Positions 20,310-30,688 of a DNA stretch of 64,000 bases are shown in pieces (within the stretch, counting starts at the first letter, position 1; each line of letters begins with the position of its first letter). Made by a program: the position numbers and the translations under genes. Source of the DNA: a bacterium (GTDB lineage Bacteria; RBG-13-61-14; DATKZS01); the NCBI GenBank assembly GCA_963674965.2, contig CAXXFL010000006.1:416001-480000 (forward strand), written 5' to 3'. The notes under the pieces are model-generated. The model made no database searches and was not told the origin of the DNA. It saw only the letters and a program-made list of their open reading frames with translations.

Positions 20310-21401
20310 ATGGCCTTAATAGATGAAGTAAAGATAATACCGTCACCCGACTTTAGCCGCTTCCTGAAGACATTGAAAAGGGAGGACCACGGGGTCGTTC
20401 CTCTTTACGAGTTCTTCGCCGATAAGCCCATCAAGGACAAAATCATGGGAAAACCCACTCTCCTTCCCATGGCCTTCCCCCTCGCGCCGGACATGGACGA
20501 GATCATCCGAAACGACGTCGAGTTCTGGTATCGGCTCGGGTACGACTACGTTCCCTCCGGCCCTCCCCTTTTGAATTTTTTCAGCGCCGAGTTCATAAAG
20601 GACACGGCCGAGCTTTCCATGGGAGCCAGGATGTGGATAACCGAGAAGTCCAGCTCCCGGATCGGGAGCAGGGAAGATTTCGACAAGTTCCCCTGGCCCG
20701 ATCCCGAGAAAATAGATTTTACCGTCTTCGATATGATTCCCCGGTTCCTGCCCGAGGGCATGGGACTTATCGCGCAGGGGCAGGGCATCCTCGAGCCCGT
20801 CATGTGGAGCATGGGCCACGAGGGCATGGCCTACGCCCTGGCCGACGACCCAGAACTGGTGAAAATGACCTTCGACCGGGTGGGCCGGATCATGACCCGC
20901 TTCGTCGAGCGCATGGCCGAGCGGGATTTCGTGGGCGCCATCGAGGTTGGAGACGACATGGGCTTTAAGACCGGCACCATGATCTCGCCGTCAATGCTCC
21001 GCGAGTACGTTCTGCCCTGGCACAAAAAGATGGCCGACAAGGCCCATGAGCGAGGCAAGCCCTACATCCTCCATTCCTGCGGCAACCTCGAGGCCATCAT
21101 GGACGACCTCATCGATTTCGTGGGCGTCGACGCCAAGCACAGCTTCGAGGACGTGATCATGCCGGTGGCGAAAGTCAAAGAGAGGTGGGGCTCCCGGACG
21201 GCCATCCTCGGCGGCGTGGACATGGACTTCCTCACCAGGTCAACGCCCGAACAAGTGAGGTCCTACTCCAGGAAGGTCCTCGAGGACTGCGCCCCCGGAG
21301 GCGGCTACGCCCTCGGCTGCGGCAACACCGTGGCCAACTACGTGCCCCCCCAAAACTTCCTGGCCATGATCGAGGAGGGATGGAAATTCAACGAAAAATG
21401 A
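20310..21401 (+). CDS. Uroporphyrinogen decarboxylase-family (URO-D/MtaA-like) protein
   Basis: GDDMG, ILHSCGN, AKHSFED, ILGGVD, GYALGCGNT; RBS GAGGAG. Confidence 0.85.
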   Translation: MALIDEVKIIPSPDFSRFLKTLKREDHGVVPLYEFFADKPIKDKIMGKPTLLPMAFPLAPDMDEIIRNDVEFWYRLGYDYVPSGPPLLNFFSAEFIKDTAELSMGARMWITEKSSSRIGSREDFDKFPWPDPEKIDFTVFDMIPRFLPEGMGLIAQGQGILEPVMWSMGHEGMAYALADDPELVKMTFDRVGRIMTRFVERMAERDFVGAIEVGDDMGFKTGTMISPSMLREYVLPWHKKMADKAHERGKPYILHSCGNLEAIMDDLIDFVGVDAKHSFEDVIMPVAKVKERWGSRTAILGGVDMDFLTRSTPEQVRSYSRKVLEDCAPGGGYALGCGNTVANYVPPQNFLAMIEEGWKFNEK

Positions 21402-21542
21402 GGCGAGCGGGCCAGACATGCTTGAAAAATGCGTGGATGGAGTAGCCTCATTGAATTCATTTCTATCACGGTATCCGGCGCGTAACTTAACGCGGAAGGC
21501 TCCAGAGGGAAACGGATAACGGCGTAATGGAGTGACCTTTAC

Positions 21543-22409
21543 TTATGATCCTTTCAGCGCGGCGGCGACGTAATAGGGCAGGCGCTCGAGGGATGACTCC
21601 TCGGGGAGGTTGGCCGCGTACCACTCGATGGCCTGGTAAATCTCCGTCCGGGAGAAGCCGTCCTCCAAAAGCTCGGTGATCACGGTCATGGCGACCTGCC
21701 TAGCGCGGACGCCGGGCTTTTGGTTCTTCAGCTCGAAAAAACGGTCCGCCAGCTCGGCCAGTCCCGGGCCTTTGACGCCGCGGCCGGAAAGGTCCGAGAA
21801 GCTTTCCTCATTTAGCGGGCTCTCGAGGGGCTTCTCGCGGCGGGGGATGGGCGCCCCGGCTTCTTTCCGCTTTACCTCGACGGATTTTTCCTCGATGGGG
21901 GCGGGGGCCTCTATCTCCTTGGCGGGAAGCTCCGCGGCCGGCTCCTCATGGGGAAGAAAGACCCGGTAGAGGGTACCCTTCACGCTTCTGTGCAGGGGCT
22001 TGATGTGGCCCTTTCTGACCAGGCCGTCAAGGGCCACGTTAAGCCGCCGGTCGGTAAGGCGAGAGCGGGAGGCCAGTTCCTTTTTACCCACCCGGCAGAA
22101 GTTGACGCCCGCGCCGCGGGAGAGCCGGAAGAGGTGGAGATATACCGACTGCTCGAGGGCGGACAGATCAAGGGCCACGTCGTCGAAAACGGAGAAAGGC
22201 ACGGTCACGCCCGAGTCGGGTGTCACCGGCCCGAGGGTCTCGCCGTTATATTCGAGCGAGCGCGGCTCCTCTCCCTCGCCGGCCTTGCCGCTCTCGGCGA
22301 TCGTCTCGAACGCGGCCAACTCGTCGTCGTCCTCGAGGGCGCGCGTGACCAGGTCGCGGCTTCCCGGCACCGCCCTGTAGTAGTAAGGCTTGTCCTTTTT
22401 TTCGGGCAT
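21543..22409 (-). CDS. Hypothetical winged-helix DNA-binding protein
   Basis: EQSVYLHLFRLS...KELASRSRLTDRRLNVALDGLVRKGHI...TLYRVFLP wHTH pattern. Confidence 0.6.
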   Translation of the reverse strand: MPEKKDKPYYYRAVPGSRDLVTRALEDDDELAAFETIAESGKAGEGEEPRSLEYNGETLGPVTPDSGVTVPFSVFDDVALDLSALEQSVYLHLFRLSRGAGVNFCRVGKKELASRSRLTDRRLNVALDGLVRKGHIKPLHRSVKGTLYRVFLPHEEPAAELPAKEIEAPAPIEEKSVEVKRKEAGAPIPRREKPLESPLNEESFSDLSGRGVKGPGLAELADRFFELKNQKPGVRARQVAMTVITELLEDGFSRTEIYQAIEWYAANLPEESSLERLPYYVAAALKGS

Positions 22410-22460
22410 CCGGTTAAGAGTAGCCCACGCCGGGAGGGCAAGTCAAAATCGGGCGGCGCG

Positions 22461-23864
22461 TCACAGCCCGTGCTCGTCGATAAGGTCCAGGCAAAGGGCC
22501 GGCCAGTTGAAGTCCTTCGTTCCCATGCCCTCCCCCGTCGAGGGATCGTAGAACTCCCTCATGCCGGAGGTCAGGATGAGGGCGGCCGCGTGGCGGGTGA
22601 TTTTTCGGGCCAGGTCCGGCCGGCCGTATTTTGCCGCTCCCCTGGCCGCCAACCAGTTCATGTTCGCCCAGATGCAGCGGCCGCGCCAGAGCATGGTCTC
22701 CGCGAGGGGCAGCTTTTCGCCCTCGATCTCCGAGACGGAGTTGAAGGGCACGAGCCAGGGGGAGTTGAAGTGATCGGCCGAAAGGAGCTTCTCATCTATC
22801 ATCCGCTCGGCCTTGTCCTCGCCGATCATGCCCGTTATCAGCGGCAGAAGGCCGGTGAGGCAAGTTCGGTTGGATTTCAGTTTCCTCTCGAGGTCGTATC
22901 GGGGATAGAAGAACCCCGCGGACTCGTCCCATAAGGTTTCCTCCATGGCCTGGACCAGGGACCTTGCCCTCGCTCGCCACTTCGCGGCGCCCTCCCCGTC
23001 TCCCCTGGCCTCGAGAAGGTCCGAAAGCTCGATCAACCCGGCGGCGAGGATCGAGTTGAGCCCCACGTCCTCCATGGCGAAGGCGTTTTCCTTCTTCACC
23101 CTTTCCATGTCCCATCCCAGCCGGTCCAGCCGGGAAAGAAGTTTCAGATATGAGAGCGCGTAGTCGATCTCGAAACTCGGATCGGAAGGGTCGGTCCCGA
23201 TGGGCCCATCGAATATGGGGGCCGAGTCCGTGCCCGACTCCCAGGGGTGGACGATCGAGGCCAGGCCGTCTCCAAAAAGGTCTCGTCCGGGAAGAAAAAA
23301 CTCGGCGCTCCTCTCCATGGCGGGAACAAGATCGAGCACCCGCTCGTCCCCGGTCTTCTTATAGAGCAGACCGGCCGCCAGAAGATATGAGGGCGGGTCG
23401 ATAAACATTGAGCTTCCCGCCTCGTCGTACTGCTTTCTCACCATCCATATGGTGGCCCTTCTCGAGAGGTGTTTATCAGCCACCCCCGGGATTCTCGCCT
23501 CGTGGGGCACGCGTCCGTCCTCCGCCTGGAAGGCGTAGATGGCCTGAAGCTCGCGCATGGCGGCCTCGGGGTCCAGGTGCATGAGCCCGATAACGTGCCA
23601 GCCCGAGTCCCAGGCGAAAAATGACCTGTAACCCGCCTCGCTGGGCACGTGGAACCGGCGGCCGTTCCACTCGAGGTAGTTCTTTTCAAAGACGGCCCGG
23701 CACTGGTCCTCGATGGCCCGGCGGGCGGCCTCCTTGTCCGCCAGGATGGACTCGAGGTCCGGCGGTGAAGCCATCGGCGCCTTCCCCGCCCTCGCCTTAA
23801 AACCCGGCATACCAACGGCGAAGGCCGCGGCGCCCCCCGCTCGCATGAAGTTCCTTCTGTTCAT
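22461..23864 (-). CDS. Tat-exported (alpha/alpha)6 glycoside hydrolase, GH63/MGH1-like
   Basis: MNRRNF Tat motif, FAWDSGWH, HPWESGTD, WRG..WANMNW, REFYDP.TGEG. Confidence 0.82.
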   Translation of the reverse strand: MNRRNFMRAGGAAAFAVGMPGFKARAGKAPMASPPDLESILADKEAARRAIEDQCRAVFEKNYLEWNGRRFHVPSEAGYRSFFAWDSGWHVIGLMHLDPEAAMRELQAIYAFQAEDGRVPHEARIPGVADKHLSRRATIWMVRKQYDEAGSSMFIDPPSYLLAAGLLYKKTGDERVLDLVPAMERSAEFFLPGRDLFGDGLASIVHPWESGTDSAPIFDGPIGTDPSDPSFEIDYALSYLKLLSRLDRLGWDMERVKKENAFAMEDVGLNSILAAGLIELSDLLEARGDGEGAAKWRARARSLVQAMEETLWDESAGFFYPRYDLERKLKSNRTCLTGLLPLITGMIGEDKAERMIDEKLLSADHFNSPWLVPFNSVSEIEGEKLPLAETMLWRGRCIWANMNWLAARGAAKYGRPDLARKITRHAAALILTSGMREFYDPSTGEGMGTKDFNWPALCLDLIDEHGL

Positions 23865-24048
23865 TCTTTCTCTCCGACGGTTAATCCGTAAGGTTTCGCG
23901 GATGGCCCATGCATTTTCCCAAAATGCATGGGTGGCAAAGCCGCGGGCTGAGAAATGCATGGGTGACCCGTCCGGTTTCTCAAGAAACCGCGCGGGTCCC
24001 GCGGAGCGGGATAGGTAGCCCGCTCCAACTCTCCCCTCGTGACCTCAT

Positions 24049-24450
24049 TCACACGCCAGTCTTTGCCATTTTGCCGAAGTGCTTGTCCGGCCGGCTGGCG
24101 CGGTATTCCCAAAATCTCGCCATCCATCCAATATGCAAACAAATCTTATCGCCCATGAGGCGTACATATCTAAGCCCGGGGCGACATGATTCGGCATAAC
24201 TGCGGGCGGCAGTTATTCGGAATTTCCGAATAGTTGCCTCGCGGAACAACTCCCCGGTTTCAAAGATATTTTTCAGATGCTCGTTGATGGTGGGCGCGGT
24301 GACGGCAAACAGAGTGCCCATCGTCTTCTGAGTCATCCAGACCGTTTCGTCCTCGTAGCGGACCTCGATGCTATCCTCCCCCGCCCGGGCGGTGAAGATG
24401 AGAAATTCCGCCGCGCTATCGCGGATGAGCTTTATCTTGTCGTCACTCAA
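24049..24450 (-). pseudogene. RhuM-family protein remnant
   Basis: IRDSAAEFLIFT, IEVRYEDETVWMTQK, TINEHLKNIF, ATIRKFRITAA then loss of similarity. Confidence 0.75.
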
Positions 24451-25158
24451 TTTTAAGCCTCTTATTAATCAGCTTCTTGACGAAGGGCGACCCATCCGGT
24501 TTTGAAGAAACCGCGCCGGCCCCGCCAAGCAAAATGGGCAGCCCTTCCCGACCCATCCGATTTCTTCTCGATTTTCAATTTCCTCTTTGTCTACATATGG
24601 CTAGTTGGAAATTATAAGCTATCATTCGCGTTACTGAAAGCGGGATCTCCCGCAAAAGATATCCTCAAGGTTTCGACCGCCGCGCCGAATTGTCTGTGGA
24701 AAGGCGAAAAGCCGCGTTGAATAATGACTCTCGGGCTTAAGCCGTAACGTCCGCAAGGGACTTTTCTTTCATTGCGGTCTGCTAACAAATCGAGGAATAA
24801 GCCCGGAGGGCTTAAGCCCATGAGTGGCCGTAGGCGCCACAGCCCACGGGAGGCGTGAGGTCCCCCCTCGGGGGAGGGCGGCCGCGTCAGTTTCAGCGGC
24901 GGCGGCCGGCCGTTCGAGGAGGAGGCGTTTGATTTCCACTTCGAGCGTCGGACAACTTGCCTGTAAAAAAAAATAGCCAAGAGTGAAACGGACAAAATGG
25001 GGGGAAGTTACGGCCGCATTTTTCACGCTTGCCAATCCCGCTTCAGTTCACTTATCGTACGGTAGGCCGTCCGCCGGTTCGAGGTTTTCTTGACCTTGCA
25101 GTCGCCGCGATATATATTGCAAGACGTGCCTTAGATTAATTTTACAGGAGTATGGCCA

Positions 25159-25827
25159 ATGAGGAAGTATTTTCATATAGTCGCTTTTTCCGCTCTTTCA
25201 ATTTTAATAAGCTCGCCGGCTTTTTCGGAAAGCATGATTTCCCTGGAGGGCATGACCGGCTCGGCGCTTGTGAGCCAGACCTGGCTCCGCGTCCACCAGG
25301 CCGGAGAGCGCCCCATTTACATGGACAACGCCCGCTACCAGGTCAAGCCCTTCGAGGGCATGCCCTATTTCAGCGCCCGCGTGGGTTTGTGGAAGGAGGA
25401 AAAGGCCTGGGAGCTTGAGGTCCTCAACATGAACCTCTACCTTGATAACCCCTGTCCCGAAATCCAGGAGTTCGAGATATCTCAGGGCTATACCATGATC
25501 ATGGTGAACCGGGCCTGGCGCACATGGGGCGCCGAGGCCAGGATCGGCGGCGGCATCGTCATGGCCCGCGCCGACGGCGTGGTTCGAGGCCAGGAGTTCG
25601 ACTGGGACGACGCCGACTCGGGCGAGTACATAGTCGGCGGCCCGGCCGTGCAGGCGGCCATCGGCAAAAGGTTCTATCTGGCCGGCGACTTGTTCCTCAA
25701 CCTCGAGGGCAAGACCACCCTGTCACAGGCGACCACGCCCGTGGCCAACGGCGAAGCCTACGTCCCCTGCCTCGCCCTCCACGGCCTCATCGGCCTGGGA
25801 TACGATATCCATCGGGGAGCAATATAA
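25159..25827 (+). CDS. Exported hypothetical, probable outer-membrane beta-barrel
   Basis: Signal peptide, alternating beta-strand pattern, LHGLIGLGY near C-terminus. Confidence 0.65.
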   Translation: MRKYFHIVAFSALSILISSPAFSESMISLEGMTGSALVSQTWLRVHQAGERPIYMDNARYQVKPFEGMPYFSARVGLWKEEKAWELEVLNMNLYLDNPCPEIQEFEISQGYTMIMVNRAWRTWGAEARIGGGIVMARADGVVRGQEFDWDDADSGEYIVGGPAVQAAIGKRFYLAGDLFLNLEGKTTLSQATTPVANGEAYVPCLALHGLIGLGYDIHRGAI

Positions 25828-25999
25828 GCGAAAAAAGCGCCAATGATTTGAAAAAACTCCAGAGTCAGGCGGCCCCTTCGCGGCCCTTTACATTACAGGC
25901 CGAACCTCTTTGGGGGAACCGCCGATCAGAGCATAGCAATCCCCCAATCCCCATGTCAAACGATAACGAGCGGGAGAAGGGACCGAAAATCTAAGCGCC

Positions 26000-27529
26000 C
26001 TATTCCGGGCTTTGGGCGAGGTGGGCCGGCACCTGGGCCAGGGGCAGCCGCACGGTGAAGGTGGTACCCTTGTTAACCTGGCTTCGGACCGTAATGTCTC
26101 CGCCGTGCTGTTGTATTATGCCCAGTGAAACGGACAGGCCAAGGCCGGTGCCCTTGGTGTTGGGTTTTGAAGTGAAGAAGGGGTCGAAGATATTGGGCAG
26201 CATCTGCTCGGGAATTCCCATTCCCGTGTCCTTGAACTCGACGGCCACGTAATCCCTGGCCTTAGTGTTGAACACGGAGATATCGAGCCTGCCTCCCCCA
26301 GGCATGGCGTCGAGTCCGTTTAGGACCATGTTGAGGAAGACCTGGTTAAGCTGCTGCCTGTCGCCATATACGCGGGGAAGGTTGGGCGCGAACTCGGTAC
26401 CGACTTTGACCTTGGCCAGCTTGATCTGGTTGCTGGCGAGCTGGAGGGTTTCCTCGATAAGGTCCGGGACCTCGAGCTGCTCGGACTCGATTTCGCTCTC
26501 CCTGGCGAAGTCGAGAAGGTTCCTTACGATCTTTCTTACTCTTTCGGACTGTCCCACCATGTCCTGGACCATGTCCAGCCTGTCCTCATCGGACAATTCC
26601 GCGTAGTCCTCTAGGAGCATGGCCGAGGTCAGCATGATGTTGTTGATGGGGTTGTTCAGCTCGTGGGCCACCCCGGCGGTCAGGGTGCCGATGGCCTTGA
26701 GCTTGTGGGCCTTGACCAACAGCTCATGGCGGTGCACGAGTTGGTGCATCATGTGGTTCATGGCCATGGCCAGCTCGGAGAACTCGTCGTGATATTTTCT
26801 CCTGGGGGTGATGGGCGTGAAGTCTCCGTCGGCGATCCTTCTCGTGGCTTGCATCATCCTGGCCAGGGGCGCCAGCATCTGTCCGGCGATGAAGAAGGTC
26901 AGGTAGGCGATGAGGAGCACGAGCAAAAAGAGGAAAGCCGCGGGAATGCGCTGGGAAATATGGAGCATGGAGTTGACCGCCTTTCTTTCCTTGGCCACCA
27001 GTTCCTCCGCCACCTTCACCATCTCGGCCCCGTGCTCGCGAAGCTCCGTTTCAATGCGGGCGTAATCCGGCCCGGCCTCGACTCTATCGCGTCCCTTCAT
27101 GTCCCTTAGCTGAGTTAGAAGCTCCTCGTAGCGCTTTAAGTGCCCGGACATGGTCTTAAAGTTCGTCGCCCCGATAACCGAGGCCATGTTGTCCCCGTCT
27201 TTCTCGAGGATCGCCCGGGCGTTGCTCACGTGCTCGAGAGCGTCGTCTATATTGGTGCCGTAAAGAAGATAGTTCTTCTCGAAACGGCGCGCCTGCTGGA
27301 TCTCGAAGGTGTAGTGGCCGGCGGACTCGGTGAAATACAGCTTATGCTTGATGCGCGAGATGGTGACCATCGAGATGATGGTCACCCCCAGGCTGAGGAT
27401 GAACCATAGAAGGAACCCCAGGGTCAGGCGGGTACGGATCGAGAAGCTGGGGCGTTCACGAAGCGCCCTCTGCGCCTCCTGCTCCACCGCGTCCAGGGAT
27501 GAAAGGTTTTCGTCGGAAGGCGTGGACAT
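26000..27529 (-). CDS. HAMP sensor histidine kinase
   Basis: Two TMs, HAMP, GVAHELNNP H-box, NGLDAM, DTGMGI, GTGLGL. Confidence 0.95.
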   Translation of the reverse strand: MSTPSDENLSSLDAVEQEAQRALRERPSFSIRTRLTLGFLLWFILSLGVTIISMVTISRIKHKLYFTESAGHYTFEIQQARRFEKNYLLYGTNIDDALEHVSNARAILEKDGDNMASVIGATNFKTMSGHLKRYEELLTQLRDMKGRDRVEAGPDYARIETELREHGAEMVKVAEELVAKERKAVNSMLHISQRIPAAFLFLLVLLIAYLTFFIAGQMLAPLARMMQATRRIADGDFTPITPRRKYHDEFSELAMAMNHMMHQLVHRHELLVKAHKLKAIGTLTAGVAHELNNPINNIMLTSAMLLEDYAELSDEDRLDMVQDMVGQSERVRKIVRNLLDFARESEIESEQLEVPDLIEETLQLASNQIKLAKVKVGTEFAPNLPRVYGDRQQLNQVFLNMVLNGLDAMPGGGRLDISVFNTKARDYVAVEFKDTGMGIPEQMLPNIFDPFFTSKPNTKGTGLGLSVSLGIIQQHGGDITVRSQVNKGTTFTVRLPLAQVPAHLAQSPE

Positions 27530-27585
27530 GGCTTTACCGTCCCCGAGATGTTTTGAAAGGGTTCGTCATTTTCTTTCCAGGGTAT

Positions 27586-27984
27586 CTAAATGGAATTATA
27601 CAAACCCTTGTGTCCCAATGACAACGCCGCCTTGTTGATAACGTCTCGCAGGTCCTTGGGCTTGATGGGCTTGGCTATGAAGTCGAAGGCCCCCTTGACC
27701 AGGGCCTCCCTGGCGACCTCGACCGTGGCGTAGCCGGTAATGAGGATGACCTTGGTCCGGTCGGACTTGGCCATGATGTGCTCCAGGACCTGGATGCCGT
27801 CCACTTCCTCCATTCTAAGGTCCGTCACCACAATGTCGAAATCTTTCTCGTTGATCCGGGCGATGGCCTCGGACGAGTCGACGAACACTTCCACCTCGAA
27901 GCCGTATTTTTCTATCGCCGGTTTGAGACGTTTTCCCACTATCGGCTCGTCGTCGAGAATCATTACCGTAACCGTTTTTTCCAT
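27586..27984 (-). CDS. Response regulator receiver
   Basis: ILDDE, VVTDLRM, ITGY, FIAKP. Confidence 0.93.
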   Translation of the reverse strand: MEKTVTVMILDDEPIVGKRLKPAIEKYGFEVEVFVDSSEAIARINEKDFDIVVTDLRMEEVDGIQVLEHIMAKSDRTKVILITGYATVEVAREALVKGAFDFIAKPIKPKDLRDVINKAALSLGHKGLYNSI

Positions 27985-28007
27985 CTTCCTTTTCTCCCCT
28001 TCGCCAT

Positions 28008-29555
28008 TTATTGTTGGGCGTACTTTTTGATGAAACCATCGATGCGCTCGGATGCCCCGACGCGGCTCCAGCCGGAGAGGTCGCCGTTCTTAAGGAACCC
28101 GAAGAGCCTTCCCAGCACGGCCATCTTCCGCTCGGCCTCGGGTCCGTCCAGCCGGCTCGACCAGGCCGCCACCGCCCGGTTGGTCTGGGTGGCCGCGAAG
28201 TCCAGTCGAGTGAGAATCTCCAGGGCCGCGTTGGGGCGCGCGAACTTCTGCTCCAGGTCCCACGTCCTCGAGTCGAACCTGCAATAGACGTGGTTGAGCT
28301 CCTTCTTGTCGATATAGGAGTCTACCATGTCGAAGTCCTTTTCCGAGGGCATAATAATATTCGTCCTTTTCCCATTGGACGAGACGACCATGGTCCCTTT
28401 TTCGGTTTCCTTTTTATCCGCGTTGTTTTCCTTTTCATATTCCCCGAGACCCCGGAGAAAGGCCTTCAGCGCCGGCGACTCGGGCATGGTTTGGGAGGGA
28501 CCATCCTCCCCTTCCATCTCCAGGTTCAGGGTCATAATGGAATAGGGGAGCCCGGCCTCCATGGGAGAGGCGTTTCTTTTCAGCGCTCTTCTGTTCATGG
28601 CCCTTTTGACCAGTGCTTCCCCGGCCAACTCGTGGGCCAGATGCACGAGGTCATGGAAGGTCCCCACGTCGTCCGGTCCCGGCAGATGGTCGCGCGCGTT
28701 GCCGAGGGTAAGGGGAAACAGCCGCCGCCGGAACCTGCGGAGCACGCTGTATTCCATTTCCTCCTCGATCTCGGTCCCCTCCCGCTCGCGGAAATAGGCC
28801 ACCAGCTCGGGTATCTCCCCCTCGTAGACCACGTTCTCCTCGGTGTCCACCGTCACCAGGGTCCCGCTTTTCAGGCGCTCCGCGGCGTCTTTAAGTCCCA
28901 CGATGGTGGGTATGCGGCTATTCCGGGTCAAGCGGCAGACGTAGTCGCTGGGGCTTCCCTTGTCCAGGAGCACGGCGCCCACCTTGTTCATGACCCCGAT
29001 CAGGTCCGTGGCGTGGGCCTGGTCCGGGGCCACCCAGACGCCGCCGTCGGGAAAGCTTTTGGGGTCGTCGCCGGCGGCGAGGTTGAAGACCTTGCCGGAG
29101 GCTATGCCCCGGGCCGCCACCCGTCCCGCGTCACGGTAGATGGCCTTGTGGCCGGCTATGGCCGAGGCCATGTCCTTGGCGCTCACGCTCGAGGCGGGGG
29201 GATCGGCCGAAGCCCCCTCCTCTTGCCTCGCGTTTTCGCCCAGGGCCACGATCCGGTCGCCCTCGTCCTCGAACCTCTCGAGCAGGTCCAGAAGCCAGAG
29301 GTGATGCTTGTCGGAAAGAATAATGGTATCGAAAATGACCGCCTTGGCCAGGTTGAAAAGGCCCTCGGACAGGTCGTGGATGTACCTTCCATCCAGGATA
29401 TACTGTTCGCCCTGCTTCTCGGCCGCGTCCTCCATCAGGTCCAGGATGCGGCCGTAGTTCCAGAGCAACCGGCCGAACCGGGCCGTCCACTGGGGAAAAA
29501 GCTTTTCCCACTCGGAACGGGACGGCTCAAGCCTGAGCCGGTCAAGAAGCGCCAT
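28008..29555 (-). CDS. PEP-utilising enzyme mobile-domain-like protein (degenerate)
   Basis: AARGIASGKV, IPTIVG...LKSGTLVTVD..VYEG, TFHDLVHLAHE; catalytic His apparently absent. Confidence 0.75.
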   Translation of the reverse strand: MALLDRLRLEPSRSEWEKLFPQWTARFGRLLWNYGRILDLMEDAAEKQGEQYILDGRYIHDLSEGLFNLAKAVIFDTIILSDKHHLWLLDLLERFEDEGDRIVALGENARQEEGASADPPASSVSAKDMASAIAGHKAIYRDAGRVAARGIASGKVFNLAAGDDPKSFPDGGVWVAPDQAHATDLIGVMNKVGAVLLDKGSPSDYVCRLTRNSRIPTIVGLKDAAERLKSGTLVTVDTEENVVYEGEIPELVAYFREREGTEIEEEMEYSVLRRFRRRLFPLTLGNARDHLPGPDDVGTFHDLVHLAHELAGEALVKRAMNRRALKRNASPMEAGLPYSIMTLNLEMEGEDGPSQTMPESPALKAFLRGLGEYEKENNADKKETEKGTMVVSSNGKRTNIIMPSEKDFDMVDSYIDKKELNHVYCRFDSRTWDLEQKFARPNAALEILTRLDFAATQTNRAVAAWSSRLDGPEAERKMAVLGRLFGFLKNGDLSGWSRVGASERIDGFIKKYAQQ

Positions 29556-30669
29556 TTAAAGCTCCTTTCACCTCCGGCGACCCTCCCGTCGCCTGAAACA
29601 AGGTAGTCTGTATCCGACGTTTCACGATATAGGCCTTGATCACGTTGTAAAGAATGATCAATACCCCCGATATGCCCGCCACGAAAAGCATGACCTTGCT
29701 GGCCCCGTTAAAATAAACGTCCCAATCGGCGTTATAGGATATCCACTCCAGTTGGCGAAGATATACGGGCATGGCGATAAAACGGCTGATAACGCAAAGC
29801 AAAATGATGGTGCCGGTCACGAACCTGATGATTACCTCCTTGACCACCTTGGTGCCGTAGACCCCCACGTAAATCCCGATCAGCGACCCCAGGTAAAGGA
29901 GCATGGTCATCCTTATGTCAACGAAACCCTGGTAGGCGTAGTTGACGGCGCCGAAGGCCCCCATGAACATGGCCAAATAAAGCTCGGTACCGGCCGCCAC
30001 GGCCGTGGGTATTCCGAACACGTAGATCATGGCCGGAACGCCGATGAACCCGCCCACCCCGATGGTACCGGCCAGGTAGCCCGTGGCCAGGCCCACGGCC
30101 ATCAGCACCCACAGGGACACCCGCACGTTGGCCACCTTGAACTTGATATAGGGCGGCAGATGGAGCCGGCTTAGAAAGTTGGCGATGTCGGTGGACGGTC
30201 CCGATCCTCCCTCTTCTCCCCTGGACTTGAGCGCGTCGTAGAGCATGGAGATGGCGACGAGGGAGAGGATGCCCACGAACACGACGCTGATGTAGAGGTT
30301 GGAGGAAGCGCTTCCACCCCCTCCGTGGCCGTCTCCTCCGCCCTTGAACAGGGCGCTGTTTATCCAGACGGCGATCCTTATGCCCACGAAGGAGGTGAAG
30401 ATGAGGAAAGCCCCCAGTCTTTTGTCCACGTTCCCCAGCTCACCGTGTTTTTTGGACCCCATCATGGCCTTGCCGAACTTGTGGGTGATGTTGCTGCCCA
30501 CCGCGACCACGCCCGGGACCCCGAGGTTCATCATGCCGGGGGTCATGAAAAACGCCCCGCCGCTACCGATGAAGCCCGAGAGCATGCCCCCGATAAAGCC
30601 GAGTATTACGACCTGTATGGCGTTGACGGGCGTCAGGTGTATAAAATTTTCCGCGAGTAACTGATCCAT
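29542..30669 (-). CDS. TauE/SafE (TSUP) family exporter
   Basis: GFIGSGGAFFMTP and IGVGGFIGVPAMIY repeats, multiple TMs. Confidence 0.9.
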   Translation of the reverse strand: MDQLLAENFIHLTPVNAIQVVILGFIGGMLSGFIGSGGAFFMTPGMMNLGVPGVVAVGSNITHKFGKAMMGSKKHGELGNVDKRLGAFLIFTSFVGIRIAVWINSALFKGGGDGHGGGGSASSNLYISVVFVGILSLVAISMLYDALKSRGEEGGSGPSTDIANFLSRLHLPPYIKFKVANVRVSLWVLMAVGLATGYLAGTIGVGGFIGVPAMIYVFGIPTAVAAGTELYLAMFMGAFGAVNYAYQGFVDIRMTMLLYLGSLIGIYVGVYGTKVVKEVIIRFVTGTIILLCVISRFIAMPVYLRQLEWISYNADWDVYFNGASKVMLFVAGISGVLIILYNVIKAYIVKRRIQTTLFQATGGSPEVKGALNGAS

Positions 30670-30688
30670 TAGATCGCTCCTTGTTTTA

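Noticed and set aside
24049-24150. WMARFWEYR as a RAYT transposase fragment
   Set aside because: Too short and no HUH motif nearby.
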